A stretch of DNA of 64,000 nt from Candidatus Dormiibacterota bacterium (GCA_963808125.1 CAWEEP010000042.1:510-64509); one strand, 5' to 3'. Shown: positions 39,022 through 50,490, counted from the first letter of the stretch. The notes: generated by a model not told the origin, from the letters alone. Program-made: numbers and translations.

Positions 39022-42000
39022 GTGCCTGACACAGCTCCCATCCTCCTCCCGGCACTCGGAGAATCCGTGACCGAGGGGATCGTCGCTCGCTGGGCGAAAC
39101 AGGTTGGGGATCCTGTCCTCGAGGGCGAGACGGTGGTGGAGGTCACCACCGACAAGGTCGACATCGAGGTCCCCTCGCCGATCACCGGCATCCTCTCGGA
39201 GATCTCCGCCCAGGAGGGGAAGGCGGTCCCGGTGGGCGGGAGGCTGGGCCTGGTGGACGCCGGTGCCCCGAGCAAGGCGACCCCCAAGCCGCGTGCGGCT
39301 GAGCCCGCCGTCTCCGCCCCTCCCGTTCCGACCTTCCCGGCCGCACAGGCGGCGCCCGCCGCAGAGGTGGCCACAACGGCCCCGAAGGCCGATTCCGCGA
39401 TGGCCCCCATAGCGGCGGTGGTCTCACCCGAACTCGTGACGTCCGAGACCGAGCGCGCGGAGCGGATCCCCCCGCCCCCGCCCGATCCCGGAGCGGAAGC
39501 CGTGTCACCACTGGCTCGCCGGGCGGCCGCCATCGCCGGCATCGACCTTCGCCGCGTGAGGGGCACCGGCCCCGGGGGCATGGTGCGCGATGCTGACGTC
39601 CGGGCCGCCGCGCAGGCGCCACAGGACCCACAGCATCCGACCAAGCCCCGCCAGACCCCGCCGCCCCACCGTGGACTGGTGCCGTCGAGCGTACCCGTCG
39701 CCGGAGGCGACGCACCGACCGTGACCCCCCTGCGCGGCCCGTCCGGTGCCCTCGTCGACGCCATGGAGCGGAGCCTGGAGATCCCCACCGCCACGTCCTT
39801 CCGGACCATCCCCGTCGCCCACCTGGACGCGCGCCGGCGTCAGCTCAACGCGAGCCTGAGCCGGGCGGGGCGCGACCTCAAGGTCTCGTACACCCATCTA
39901 ATCGGGTACGCGCTGACCCGGGCCGCCGGCGAGATGCCCCAGATGTGCGCCCATCTCGAGCACGATGACGAAGGCAAACCGGTGCGCGCCGAGAACGGTG
40001 TACACCTCGGCCTGGCCGTGGACAGCCGGCGCAAGGACGGCAGCCGGTTCCTCGTCGTGCCCGTCGTTCGCGACGCCGCCACACTGGACTTCGCGGCCTT
40101 CCATGCCGAGTACGAACGCCTCGTCGACCTGGCTCGCGGAAACCGGCTGGCCCTCGACGATCTGCGGGGCGCCACCCTCACCCTGACCAACCCTGGCGGG
40201 ATCGGCACCATGGCGTCGGTGCCGCGGCTCATGTCGGGCCAGGGCTGCATCATCGCCGCCGGGGCCATCGGCTACCCTCCCGAATACCGGCACCTCGGCG
40301 AGGCCGAATTGCGCCAGCGCGGGGTCGCCAAGGTCGTGACCTTCACCTCGACCTATGACCACCGGATCATCCAGGGCGCCGAGTCGGGAGAGTTCCTCGG
40401 GCGTATCGAGGCGTTGCTGTCCGGCGCCGACGCCTTCTACACCCAGGTCTTCGACAGCCTGGGCCTGGAGATGCCAGTCGACGAGATCTCCGCCCTGCGG
40501 GCGGCGGCAGAGGCGCAGGCGGCGTTGCTGGCGCCGACTACGGCGACGGAGGGCGACCGGGCGCTGGTGGCGGCCATCCAAGCGGCCACCTCGCTGGTCC
40601 AGGCCCACCGGACCCACGGCCACCTGGGGGCCTCCCTCGACCCGCTGGGCACCCCGCCCCCGGGCGACCCGGCGCTCCGGCCGGAGACCTACGACCTGAC
40701 CCCGGAGATCATGGAGCGGATCCCCGCCGACCTCCTCAACGTCCACGTCCCCGGCCGCACCCTCGCCGAAGTCCTGCCCAACCTCCGCCGCACCTACTGC
40801 GGCACCATCGCCTACGAGATCGAGCACATCTCCAGCCACGAGCAGCGGCTCTGGCTGCGCGAGCAGATCGAGTCGGGCACCCACCGGCTCCCCCTCGCCG
40901 AGGACGAGCGGCTGCGGCTGCTCTGGCGCCTCACCAAGGTCGACGCCATGGAGCGCTACTTCCGGCGCGCCTTCCTCGGTCAGAAGACCTTCAGCGGCGA
41001 GGGTGCCGACATGCTCGTGCCCATGCTGGAGAAGCTCTTCGGTCTGATCGCCGACGACGGCACCGACCAGGTGGTCATGGGCATGGCCCACCGCGGCCGT
41101 CTCGCCGTGATCGCCCACGTCGTCAACCGTCCCTACGAACAGTTGCTGCAATCCTTCGAGAGAGGCGAGTTGCGCCCGCGGGTCAGCGGCGCCATCGACG
41201 ACCCCACCGGTGACGTGAAGTACCACCTCGGCGCGACCGGCACCTACATCACCGACACCGGACTGCCGATCACTGTCCGGCTGGTGCCCAACCCCTCGCA
41301 CCTGGAGGCGGTCGGCGGCGTCGTCGAGGGCTGGACGCGGGCCTTGCAGTCACATCGGGACGGGGCGTCGATCCACCTCGACACCGAGGCAGCCATCCCC
41401 ATCCTCATCCACGGCGACGCCTCGTTCAGCGGCGAGGGCGCCGTGCAGGAGGTCCTCAATCTCCAGTCCCTCGCCGGCTACTCGACCGGCGGGACGATCC
41501 ACATCATCGTCGACAACCAGGTCGGCTTCACCACCGACCCCGGCGAGTCCCGCTCCACCCGCTACGCGAGCGACCTCGCCAAGGGATTCGACATCCCCAT
41601 CGTCCACATCAACGCCGACGACCCCGAGGCTTGCATCACCGCGGTGCGACTAGCCCACGACTACCGCCGGATCTTCCATCGCGACATCGTCATGAACCTG
41701 ATCGGCTACCGCCGCTTCGGGCACAACGAGGCCGACGAGCCGAGCTACACCCAGCCCGTCATGTACCGGCGCATCCGTGAGCACCCGACAGTGCGCGCGC
41801 TCTTCGTGGGGCAGCTTGTCGGCGACGGGCTGATCACGGCGGAGGAGGCGGCGCGGCAATCGGAGGAGGTGTACGCCCGCATCGGCGAGGCCCACAAGCG
41901 GGTCAAGGCGAACCTCACCACCCTGATGGACGAGGACACCTCCGGCGGGCCGGGATCCGCGGCGAGGCTGGACGGCCTCGACGTCGCCACCAGCGTGTCC

Positions 42001-43317
42001 GAGGCAATCCTCCGCGCCGCCAACGACCAGATCTACGCCGCCCCCGACGGCTTCACCGTCAACCGCAAGCTGGGCCGCCAGCTCGAGACCCGCCGCGCGT
42101 CACTGTCGTCGGGGAACATCGACTACGGCCACGCCGAGGCTCTCGCCTTCGCCTCCCTGCTGCTCGATGGCATCCCCGTTCGCCTCACCGGTCAGGACAC
42201 GGCGCGCGGCACGTTCAGCCATCGGCACATGGTTCTCCATGACGAGCTCAACGGGGACATCTGGGTGCCGTTGCAGCATCTCTCGGGTGCAGCGGCCGCC
42301 CTCGAGGTGCACAACAGCCCGCTCAGCGAGGTGGGACCCCTCGCCTTCGAGTACGGCTTCAGCGCCGCCGACCCCGCCTGCCTCGTCATCTGGGAGGCGC
42401 AGTTCGGCGACTTCGCCAACAACGCGCAGATGGTCATCGACCAGTTCATCGTCGCCGCCCAGGCCAAGTGGGGCCAGCGCTCCCGCCTGGTGCTCCTCCT
42501 GCCCCACGGCTACGAGGGACAGGGACCCGAGCACTCCAGCGCCCGCGTGGAGCGCTTCCTCCAGCTGGCCGCCCACGGCAACATCCGGGTCGCCAACTGC
42601 ACGACCTCGGGCCAGTACTTCCACCTGCTGCGCAACCAGGCCCTCGCCACCCTGCCGCGGCCGCTGATGATCATGACCCCCAAGTCGGGGCTGCGGGCTC
42701 AGGAGACGAGCTCCAGCCTCGCCGATCTCACCGGCGGCACCTTCCGGGCGGTCATCGACGACGCCCGGGCGGCGCAGCATCCGGAGCGAGTGCGCACCCT
42801 CCTCCTCTGCACCGGCAAGATCCACTGGGAGTTGCAGGGTCATGAGCTCCGCGAGCACGCCCCCGACCTCGCCATCGCCCGCGTCGAATTGCTGGACCCG
42901 ATCCCCCTGGATGAGATCCTCGAGCTCGTTGCAGGCTATCCAAACCTGGAGCGCCTCTTCTGGGTGCAGGAGGAGCCGCGCAACATGGGCGCCTGGGGTC
43001 ATGTGCAGCGCCCCATCGGCCTGGCCCGTCCCTACGAGGTGAGCTGGGAGTACATCGGCCGGCCCGGCCGGGCCAGCCCCTCGGAGGGATACAAGGGATC
43101 CCACGTCATCGAGCAGGAGCGGATCATCCGCGAGGCCCTGCTGACGTCCCCGGCTGCGCGCGAGTTCGTGACCACGGCGCGGCCGAGGCTTAGCACCCCG
43201 GGCGAGGAGCCCCACGATGGCAACGGCCACGAGGCGGTGGCGGCTGAACTCGCCGAGATCCGCCCGATCCCGCCGCGACGCCGCTCCCCCGCCGCCCGGC
43301 GGTCGCGCTCGTCGTGA
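39022..43317 (+). CDS. kgd: Multifunctional 2-oxoglutarate dehydrogenase: lipoyl + E3-binding + E2 catalytic + E1 domains in one chain (Kgd/OdhA-like)
   Basis: TDKVDIEVPSP (lipoyl), SPLARR..GTGPGG (PSBD), YDHRIIQG (E2), GMAHRGRL, GDVKYHLG, HGDA (TPP), WEAQFGDF, GPEHSSAR. Confidence 0.9.
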   Translation: MPDTAPILLPALGESVTEGIVARWAKQVGDPVLEGETVVEVTTDKVDIEVPSPITGILSEISAQEGKAVPVGGRLGLVDAGAPSKATPKPRAAEPAVSAPPVPTFPAAQAAPAAEVATTAPKADSAMAPIAAVVSPELVTSETERAERIPPPPPDPGAEAVSPLARRAAAIAGIDLRRVRGTGPGGMVRDADVRAAAQAPQDPQHPTKPRQTPPPHRGLVPSSVPVAGGDAPTVTPLRGPSGALVDAMERSLEIPTATSFRTIPVAHLDARRRQLNASLSRAGRDLKVSYTHLIGYALTRAAGEMPQMCAHLEHDDEGKPVRAENGVHLGLAVDSRRKDGSRFLVVPVVRDAATLDFAAFHAEYERLVDLARGNRLALDDLRGATLTLTNPGGIGTMASVPRLMSGQGCIIAAGAIGYPPEYRHLGEAELRQRGVAKVVTFTSTYDHRIIQGAESGEFLGRIEALLSGADAFYTQVFDSLGLEMPVDEISALRAAAEAQAALLAPTTATEGDRALVAAIQAATSLVQAHRTHGHLGASLDPLGTPPPGDPALRPETYDLTPEIMERIPADLLNVHVPGRTLAEVLPNLRRTYCGTIAYEIEHISSHEQRLWLREQIESGTHRLPLAEDERLRLLWRLTKVDAMERYFRRAFLGQKTFSGEGADMLVPMLEKLFGLIADDGTDQVVMGMAHRGRLAVIAHVVNRPYEQLLQSFERGELRPRVSGAIDDPTGDVKYHLGATGTYITDTGLPITVRLVPNPSHLEAVGGVVEGWTRALQSHRDGASIHLDTEAAIPILIHGDASFSGEGAVQEVLNLQSLAGYSTGGTIHIIVDNQVGFTTDPGESRSTRYASDLAKGFDIPIVHINADDPEACITAVRLAHDYRRIFHRDIVMNLIGYRRFGHNEADEPSYTQPVMYRRIREHPTVRALFVGQLVGDGLITAEEAARQSEEVYARIGEAHKRVKANLTTLMDEDTSGGPGSAARLDGLDVATSVSEAILRAANDQIYAAPDGFTVNRKLGRQLETRRASLSSGNIDYGHAEALAFASLLLDGIPVRLTGQDTARGTFSHRHMVLHDELNGDIWVPLQHLSGAAAALEVHNSPLSEVGPLAFEYGFSAADPACLVIWEAQFGDFANNAQMVIDQFIVAAQAKWGQRSRLVLLLPHGYEGQGPEHSSARVERFLQLAAHGNIRVANCTTSGQYFHLLRNQALATLPRPLMIMTPKSGLRAQETSSSLADLTGGTFRAVIDDARAAQHPERVRTLLLCTGKIHWELQGHELREHAPDLAIARVELLDPIPLDEILELVAGYPNLERLFWVQEEPRNMGAWGHVQRPIGLARPYEVSWEYIGRPGRASPSEGYKGSHVIEQERIIREALLTSPAAREFVTTARPRLSTPGEEPHDGNGHEAVAAELAEIRPIPPRRRSPAARRSRSS

Positions 43318-44681
43318 CCTCGCGGGTCGTCGTTCTCGGAGGCGGGCCCGCTGGCGATGTGGCGGCGCTGCGCGGCGCCCGGCGCGGCGCCGAGGTGGTC
43401 TTGGTGGAACGCGCCGAGCTGGGCGGCACCTGCCTCAACTGGGGATGCATCCCCACCAAGTCGCTCCTCGCCACTGGGGACCTGCTCCGGCGCATCCGGC
43501 GTGCCCCCGACCTGGGGATCTCCGTCGGTCCGGTGAGCGTCGACTTCGGTCGCATGATGCAGCGCAAGGAGGAGGTCGTCCTCACCATGCGCGGCGGCGT
43601 CGAGGCCGCCTGCAAGCGGCGCAAGGTGCGGGTGGTGAAGGGCCAGGGCGTTCTCGACGACGGCGCCATCCGCGTCGGCGACGACCGCATCGAGTACGAC
43701 CACCTCATCATCTGCGTCGGCACCGAGCCCAGTGGCCTGCCCGGCATCGACATGGGCCATCCCCTCGTCGTCACCTCGAACGGCATCCTCCGGTTGGAGA
43801 AGTTACCCGAGAGGCTCGTCGTCATCGGCGGCGGCGTCATCGGCTGCGAGTTCGCCTCGCTCTTCGCTGCGCTGGGGGTGAGGGTGGACGTGATCGAGGT
43901 CCTCCCCCAGATCCTCTCCGGCATCGACCCGCGCGTGGTGCGCCAGTTCCGCACCCTCGTCGAGCAGGAGGGGGTGGCCTTCTACACCGGGCGCCAGGTG
44001 GAGTCCGTCGCGTACGGCGATGAGAAGGTCACCGTCACCCTCGACGGCGACACCGCCCTGGAGGGTGATCTCCTCCTCGTTTCCGTCGGCCGCGCCCCAC
44101 AAACCGCCAACCTGGGGCTGGAGACGGCCGGGGTCGAGCTGACCCCCAGCGGTCACATCGTCGTGGACCAACTCCTGCACACCGCCAACCCCAGGATCTG
44201 GGCGGCCGGCGACTGCATCGGCGGCCTCCAGCTCGCCCACTTGGCCAGCGCCGAGGGTGCCCGGGCCGCGGACAACGCCCTCGGCGTCCAGGTGCGCCCC
44301 ATGGACCGGACGGTTGTGCCCTCCTGCATCTACACCCACCCCGAGATCGCCACCGTGGGCATGAACCCTGAACAGGCGGCGGCGGCCGGCCACACGGTGA
44401 AGGTTGGGCAGGCGCGGTTCCTCGGCAACGGCAAGGCGCAGGGCGAGAACGAGACCGAGGGCCTCGCCCAGCTCTACGCCAACTCCACCACCGGGGAGAT
44501 CCTGGGCGCGACCGTGATGGGTGTCCACGCCGTCGAGATCATCCACGAAGTCGGCGTCGCCATCAGCGACGGCCTCACCGTGGACGAGCTGGGCGACATC
44601 ATCCACGCCCATCCCACCGTCAGCGAGTTGATCATGGACGCAGCGGAACAGGCCCAGGGGCTGGCACCATACCTGAGCTGA
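43314..44681 (+). CDS. lpdA: Dihydrolipoyl dehydrogenase (E3)
   Basis: GGGPAG, GGTCLNWGCIPTK, IGGGVIG, HAHPTVSE. Confidence 0.95.
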   Translation: MTSRVVVLGGGPAGDVAALRGARRGAEVVLVERAELGGTCLNWGCIPTKSLLATGDLLRRIRRAPDLGISVGPVSVDFGRMMQRKEEVVLTMRGGVEAACKRRKVRVVKGQGVLDDGAIRVGDDRIEYDHLIICVGTEPSGLPGIDMGHPLVVTSNGILRLEKLPERLVVIGGGVIGCEFASLFAALGVRVDVIEVLPQILSGIDPRVVRQFRTLVEQEGVAFYTGRQVESVAYGDEKVTVTLDGDTALEGDLLLVSVGRAPQTANLGLETAGVELTPSGHIVVDQLLHTANPRIWAAGDCIGGLQLAHLASAEGARAADNALGVQVRPMDRTVVPSCIYTHPEIATVGMNPEQAAAAGHTVKVGQARFLGNGKAQGENETEGLAQLYANSTTGEILGATVMGVHAVEIIHEVGVAISDGLTVDELGDIIHAHPTVSELIMDAAEQAQGLAPYLS

Positions 44682-44742
44682 CGGAGTCGGGACGAGGCTC
44701 ACCGCCGCAGGCGGCGCCTCCGACGGACAGCGGGAGCGGGTC

Positions 44743-45549
44743 ATGGACGAATCGGCTGCGAGGCCCCTGGCGCTGATCACCGGCGCCTCGTCGGGGCTGG
44801 GCCGGGCCTACGCTGTCCAGCTTGCGCAGGCGGGGTGGGACCTGGTCCCCGTCGCCCGCCGCGAGGAGCGGCTGGAGGCGCTGGCGGCCGAGATCCGGGC
44901 CACCTCGACTGTCCGGGTGGAGCCTCTGGTGGCCGACCTCACCGACCCCGGCGGGCTCGCCGCGGCGGAGGAGAGGATCGCCCGAGGGGTGGACCTGGTG
45001 GTCAACTCCGCCGGGTTCGCCGGCTACATGCCCTTCGCCACGCTCCCCGCCGACGTCGCCGACGACCTCGTCGCCATCCATGTGCGGGCGGTCACCCGCC
45101 TCACCCGGGCGGCGGTGGCGGTGATGGTGCCGCGCCGGGACGGCGCCATCATCAACGTCGCCTCGCTCCTCGCCTTCAGCGAGTCGGCCTCCATGGGGCG
45201 GTTCGCCCGGGCCACCTACGCCGGCTGCAAGGCGTACATCGTCACCTTCACCCAGCTGGTCGCCCAGGAGGTGGCCGCGCAGGGAATCCGCGTCCAGGTC
45301 TGCTGCCCGGGGGCGGTCGCGACCGAGTTCCACGACGTCGCCGGGGTGGCGCGGCCGGTCGCGGCCATGTCGGCGGATGACGTCGTCGCCGCCTCGCTCC
45401 GTGCCCTGGAGGAGGGGGAGACGGTCTGCGTCCCGGCGCTGGAGGACGCTGGCGTCGTCGACCGGTATCACGACGCTCAGCGCCAGATGCTCGCCCAGGG
45501 CAACCTTCCAACCCTGGCCGCCCGCTACCGGCCCGCGGCGCCGGGATGA
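44743..45549 (+). CDS. Short-chain dehydrogenase/reductase
   Basis: TGASSGLG, VNSAG, INVAS, YAGCK. Confidence 0.92.
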   Translation: MDESAARPLALITGASSGLGRAYAVQLAQAGWDLVPVARREERLEALAAEIRATSTVRVEPLVADLTDPGGLAAAEERIARGVDLVVNSAGFAGYMPFATLPADVADDLVAIHVRAVTRLTRAAVAVMVPRRDGAIINVASLLAFSESASMGRFARATYAGCKAYIVTFTQLVAQEVAAQGIRVQVCCPGAVATEFHDVAGVARPVAAMSADDVVAASLRALEEGETVCVPALEDAGVVDRYHDAQRQMLAQGNLPTLAARYRPAAPG

Positions 45550-46363
45550 TGCCGGCGCCGGGGACCCCCGCCCCGCTCCGGAACGGCGCTCCCCCGCCCT
45601 CCGCGCATGATCGCGCGGGACCGGCAAGGTCGCCACGGGGGACGGTGGCGTCCCCCGTGGGGCGGGTCCTCGTCGTCGAGGACGACGCGCCCCTCTGCCG
45701 AGTGCTCACCGCAGCCCTCGAACGCGCGGGCCACCGCGTGGACACGGCCGCGGACGGCCTGGAGGGCGCCTCGAAGCTGGGGAGCGGCAAATACGAGGTG
45801 GTGCTTCTCGACATCGGCCTCCCCTTCGTCGACGGCTGGCAGCTGCTCCAGTCCCTCGACGGGCGGCGCCAGCCATCGGTCATCGTCATCAGCGCCCGCG
45901 GCGACGAGAGGGACAAGGTCCGGGCGCTCGACCTGGGCGCCGACGACTACCTGACCAAGCCGTTCGGCGCCGACGAGATGCTTGCCCGCGTCCGCGCCGT
46001 GCTGCGCAGGGTGCGCGGCACCGCCGAGGCGGCTCGCATCGTCCACTGCGGCGAGGTGGTCGTCGATCTGGGGGCGCGCCTGGTCCGGCGGGGGGAGAGG
46101 AGGTCCGGCTCTCGCCGACCGAGTACGTCCTCCTCACCGAGCTGGCCCGGCATGCCGGAACGGTGATGGATCACCGCACCCTCCTCAGCCGCGTCTGGGG
46201 GCCGATGTACGCGGGCGATCGGAACTACCTGCGCACCTTCATCCAGCGGCTCCGCCGCAAGCTCGAGGACGATCCCGCCGAGCCCGCCGTCATCGTCACC
46301 GCCGGCCGCCGCGGCTACCGCTTCGGCCCCGCCCCCGACACGGGCCCGCTCCCCTCCGCCTGA
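45546..46363 (+). CDS. kdpE: OmpR-family response regulator KdpE (frameshift in the G-run ~46090)
   Basis: VLVVEDD, LLDIGLP, ISAR..KVRALDLGADDYLTKPFG, YLRTFIQRLRRKLEDDPAEP..GYRF. Lies upstream of kdpFABC. Confidence 0.85.
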
Positions 46364-46413
46364 GCGACGACGCTCCCCGGCGCCCGCTCGGGGAGCCGGG
46401 GCCACGCGCGGTT

Positions 46414-46432
46414 TCGTTGACCGATCGTTGAC
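46414..46432 (+). promoter_or_regulatory. Direct repeat, candidate KdpE box
   Basis: TCGTTGAC at 46414 and 46425 (11-bp period), ~60 bp upstream of the kdp operon. Confidence 0.55.
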
Positions 46433-46491
46433 GTTTCGAGCGCCACCCTGTCCGCTGTGATCTCCGAAGCCCACCACCCGGCGAGGACGGC

Positions 46492-46578
46492 ATGCCCCAA
46501 GACCTCCTGATGCTGATCATCTTGGTCGCCCTCGTCGGGCTGAGCTTCCTCTACGTCGCGGGATTGGGGAAGCTCTGA
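46492..46578 (+). CDS. 28-aa hydrophobic peptide upstream of kdpF
   Basis: MPQDLLMLIILVALVGLSFLYVAGLGKL, with RBS GAGGA and a TGATG overlap with kdpF. Confidence 0.7.
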   Translation: MPQDLLMLIILVALVGLSFLYVAGLGKL

Positions 46579-46673
46579 TGGGCGCGACCCTCGGCTACAT
46601 CGTCGCCTTCGCCATCGCCGTGCTGGTGACCGTCTATCTAGTCGCCGCCATGATCTTCCCCGAGAGGTTCTGA
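46578..46673 (+). CDS. kdpF: K+-transporting ATPase subunit F
   Basis: MGATLGYIVAFAIAVLVTVYLVAAMIFPERF, with the YL..A...PERF signature. Confidence 0.9.
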   Translation: MGATLGYIVAFAIAVLVTVYLVAAMIFPERF

Positions 46674-46676
46674 GCC

Positions 46677-48403
46677 GTGGCGCTCGACATCATCGCCGTT
46701 GTCGTCACCTACCTTGCCGTGTTCGCCGCGGCCTGGTTCTTCGGCCTCCACATGGTCAAGGTCTTCCAGGGCAAGCGCACCTTCCTCCACGTCGTCCTGC
46801 GCCCCGTGGAGCGCGGCATCTACAAGGTGACGGGGATCGACGAGGAGAAGGAGCAGGGCTGGAAGGGCTACCTCGTCGCCATGCTCTTCGTCTCCGTCAT
46901 CGGCCTCGTCTTCACCTACCTGATCCTGCGGTTCCAGGATCATCTCCCCCTCAATCCCGCGGGCGTTCCGGCACTCTCCCCCGCCCTCGCTTTCAACACC
47001 GCGGTCAGCTTCACCACCAACACGAACTGGCAGAACTACTCGGGCGAGGTCTCCATGAGCTACCTGTCCCAGATGCTCGGCCTCACCTTCCACCAGTTCC
47101 TCTCGGCGGCCACCGGCATCGCCCTGGCCATCGCCCTGATCCGGGGCATCGCCCGGCGCAGCGCCAGCACCATCGGCAACTTCTACGTCGACATCGTCCG
47201 CTGCACCCTCTACGTCCTGCTGCCCATCGCCATCGTCGCCACCCTCATCCTGGTGGCCAGCGGTTCGATCCAGAACCTCAGCCCCTACACGTCGATCACA
47301 ACTCTTTCTGGCGTCGGCCAGACGCTGGCCCAGGGCCCGGTCGCCGCCATGGAGGCGATCAAGGACCTCGGCACCAACGGAGGCGGCTTCTTCAACGCCA
47401 ACGCCGCCCATCCCTTCGAGAATCCCACCGGCCTCACCAACGCGCTGGAGATCGTCCTCTGCCTCAGCCTGCCCTTCGGGCTGGCGATCACCTTCGGCAA
47501 GTGGGTCGGCAACCTCAAGCAGGGCTTCGCCCTCTTCGCCGCAATGGCCATCATCCTGGTCGGCGGCGCAGCCCTCACCGCCCAGCAGGAGCAGGCCGGC
47601 AACCCGGCGTATAGCGCCACCGAGGTGAGCCAGGTCTCCAGCGGCACCCAGTCGGGCGGCAACATGGAGGGCAAGGAGGCCCGCTTCGGCGCCATCCAGT
47701 CGGCCCAGTACAACACCGCGACGACCGGCACCAGCACCGGCTCGGTGGACGGCTCGATGGACAGCTTCACACCGATCGGCGGAATGGTGCCGATGGTGCT
47801 CATCGAGCTCGGTGAGATCACCCCGGGCGGGACCGGCTCCGGCCTCTACGGCATGATCACCTTCGCCATCGTCGCCGTCTTCCTCGCCGGGCTGATGGTG
47901 GGGCGGACTCCCAGTACCTGGGCAAGAAGATCGAAGGCCGCGACGTCAAGTACGCCGCCCTGGCCATCCTCATCCTCCCCCTGTCCATCCTCGGTTTCAC
48001 GGCGTTGGCGGTGCTGACCACGGCCGGGCAGGCAGGCCCGCTCAACGCCGGGCCCCACGGCTTCAGTGAGATCCTCTACGCCTTCAGTTCGACCACCGGC
48101 AACAACGGCAGCGCCATGGCCGGGCTCTCAGGCAACACCCTCTTCTACAACACCACGCTGGCCGCCGCCATGTGGCTGGGCCGCATCATCTTCGTGATCC
48201 CGGTCCTCGCCCTGGCCGGATCACTGGTGAAGAAGAAGATCGTCCCCGCCAGCGCCGGCACCTTCCCCACCGACACTCCCTTGTTCACGGCGTTGCTCAT
48301 CGGCACCATCATCATCGTCGGCGCCCTCACCTTCTTCCCGGCGCTGACGCTCGGCCCCATCCTCGAGCAGCTCCAGCTGCACGCGGGCATTCTTCACCCG
48401 TAG
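46677..48403 (+). CDS. kdpA: K+-transporting ATPase subunit A (frameshift ~47910)
   Basis: [69 protein letters not shown]. Confidence 0.96.
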
Positions 48404-48415
48404 GAGCGTGCGGTC

Positions 48416-50490
48416 ATGACATTGATACCGAGCGCTGGCGGCGTCCCCCGGACGCGCAAGCGGCGGAGCCAGAGCAGCCTGTACGACCCCGCCATCCTGG
48501 GCCCGGCCACCTGGGAGAGCGTCAAGAAGCTCAATCCCATGTGGATGGCGCGCAACCCGGTGATGTTCGTCGTCGAGATCGGCGCCGCGATCACCACGTA
48601 CGTCTTCATCACCGGCTTCTTCGACCATGGCACCCAGGGGTCGTGGGCCAGATCTGCCTCTGGCTGTGGTTCACCGTGCTCTTCGCCAACTTCGCCGAGT
48701 CGGTGGCCGAGGGACGCGGCAAGGCCCAGGCCCAGAGCCTCCGCAGGGCGCGCACCGACACCATCGCGCGGCGCCTCGCCGGGGGTGCCGGTGGTCGCGA
48801 GGAGAGGGTCCCGGCTCCCGAGCTGCGCCGCGGCGATGTCGTCGTCTGCGAGGCGGGAGAGGTCATCCCCAGCGACGGCACCATCGTCGAGGGCATCGCC
48901 TCCGTGGACGAGTCGGCGATCACCGGCGAGTCGGCTCCGGTCATCCGCGAGGCCGGCGGCGACCGCAGCGCGGTCACCGGCGGCACCAAGGTGCTCAGCG
49001 ACCGCATCGTCATCGAGATCACGCAGAACCCCGGAGAGACCTTCCTCGACCGCATCATCGGTCTCGTCGAGCGGCGTCGCGGCAAGAACTCCAATGAGAT
49101 CGCCCTCAACATCCTCCTCGCCAGCCTGACCATCATCTTCATCATCGCCGTCGTCACCCTGCAGCCCTTCGCGCTGTTCGCGGGCACCTCCGTGTCGGTC
49201 ACGGTGCTGATCGCCCTGCTGGTGTGCCTCATCCCCACCACCATCGGCGCGCTGCTCTCCGCCATCGGCATCGCCGGCATCGACCGCCTGCTGCAGAAGA
49301 ACGTGCTGGCCATGTCCGGCCGCGCCGTCGAGGCGGCCGGCGACGTGGATGTCCTGCTCCTCGACAAGACGGGCACCATCACCCTGGGCAACCGTCAGGC
49401 CACCGAGTTCATCCCCGCGCCGGGCATCGAGATGCAGCGCCTGGTCAAGGCGGCTGACCTGGCGAGCGTCGCCGACGAGACCCCCGAGGGCCGTTCCATC
49501 GTCGCCCTAGCCCGGCGCTTGGGCGTCGCCGAGGACCCGGACATCGCCTCCTGGGAGTTCGTGCCCTTCACCGCCACGACGCGGATGAGCGGTGTCGACC
49601 GCGGCGGCGTCAGCATCCGCAAGGGCGCCGGCGACAGCGTTGCCCTGTGGTGCTCGGGGGGCCGCAGCCGCATGCTCTCCGATCCAGTGCGCGAGCAGGT
49701 CGAGACCATCGCCCGCGGCGGCGGCACGCCGCTGCTGGTGGCCCAGGACGGTGCCGTGCTGGGCACCATCCACCTCAAGGACATCGTCAAGCCCGGCATT
49801 CGCGAGCGCTTTGACGACATGCGGCGCATGGGGCTGCGCACGGTGATGATCACTGGCGACAACCCCCTCACCGCCAAGGCCATCGCCGAAGAGGCCGGTG
49901 TCGACGACTTCCTCGCCGAGGCGACGCCGGAGAACAAGCTGGCGTTCATTCGCAAGGAGCAGGAGGGCGGCCGGCTGGTGGCGATGACCGGCGACGGCAC
50001 CAACGACGCCCCCGCGCTCGCCCAGGCCGATGTCGGCGTCGCCATGCAGAGCGGCACCCAGGCCGCCAAGGAGGGGGCAACCTGGTCGACCTCGACAGCG
50101 ACCCGACCAAGCTGATCGAGATCGTCGAGACCGGCAAGCAGATGCTGATCACCCGGGGCTCGCTGACCACGTTCAGCATCGCCAACGACGTCGCCAAGTA
50201 CTTCGCCATCCTCCCGGCGATCTTCGCGGGTGCGCTGCCCTCGCTGAGGGCGCTGAACATCATGCAGCTGCAGAGTGCGCACAGCGCCGTGCTCTCCGCC
50301 GTGATCTTCAACGCCCTCATCATCGTCGCCCTCATCCCGCTCGCCCTGCGGGGCGTCAAGTACCGGGCCGTGGGCGCCGCGTCGCTCCTCCGACGCAACC
50401 TCCTCCTCTACGGCGGCGGTGGTGTCATCTCCTGCCTTCGTTGGCATCAAGGCTGTCGACATCGTCATCACCCACCTTCACCTGATCTGA
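48416..50490 (+). CDS. kdpB: K+-transporting ATPase subunit B (several frameshifts)
   Basis: [56 protein letters not shown]. Confidence 0.96.

Noticed and set aside
37821-39809. 662-aa DnaJ ORF with a long N-terminal extension
   Set aside because: The extension is the antisense of the kgd 5' end. The J-domain starts at ~38777.
46364-46491. c-di-AMP (ydaO) riboswitch upstream of kdp
   Set aside because: No recognisable conserved riboswitch motifs. The region is short and is explained by a hairpin plus a direct-repeat promoter.
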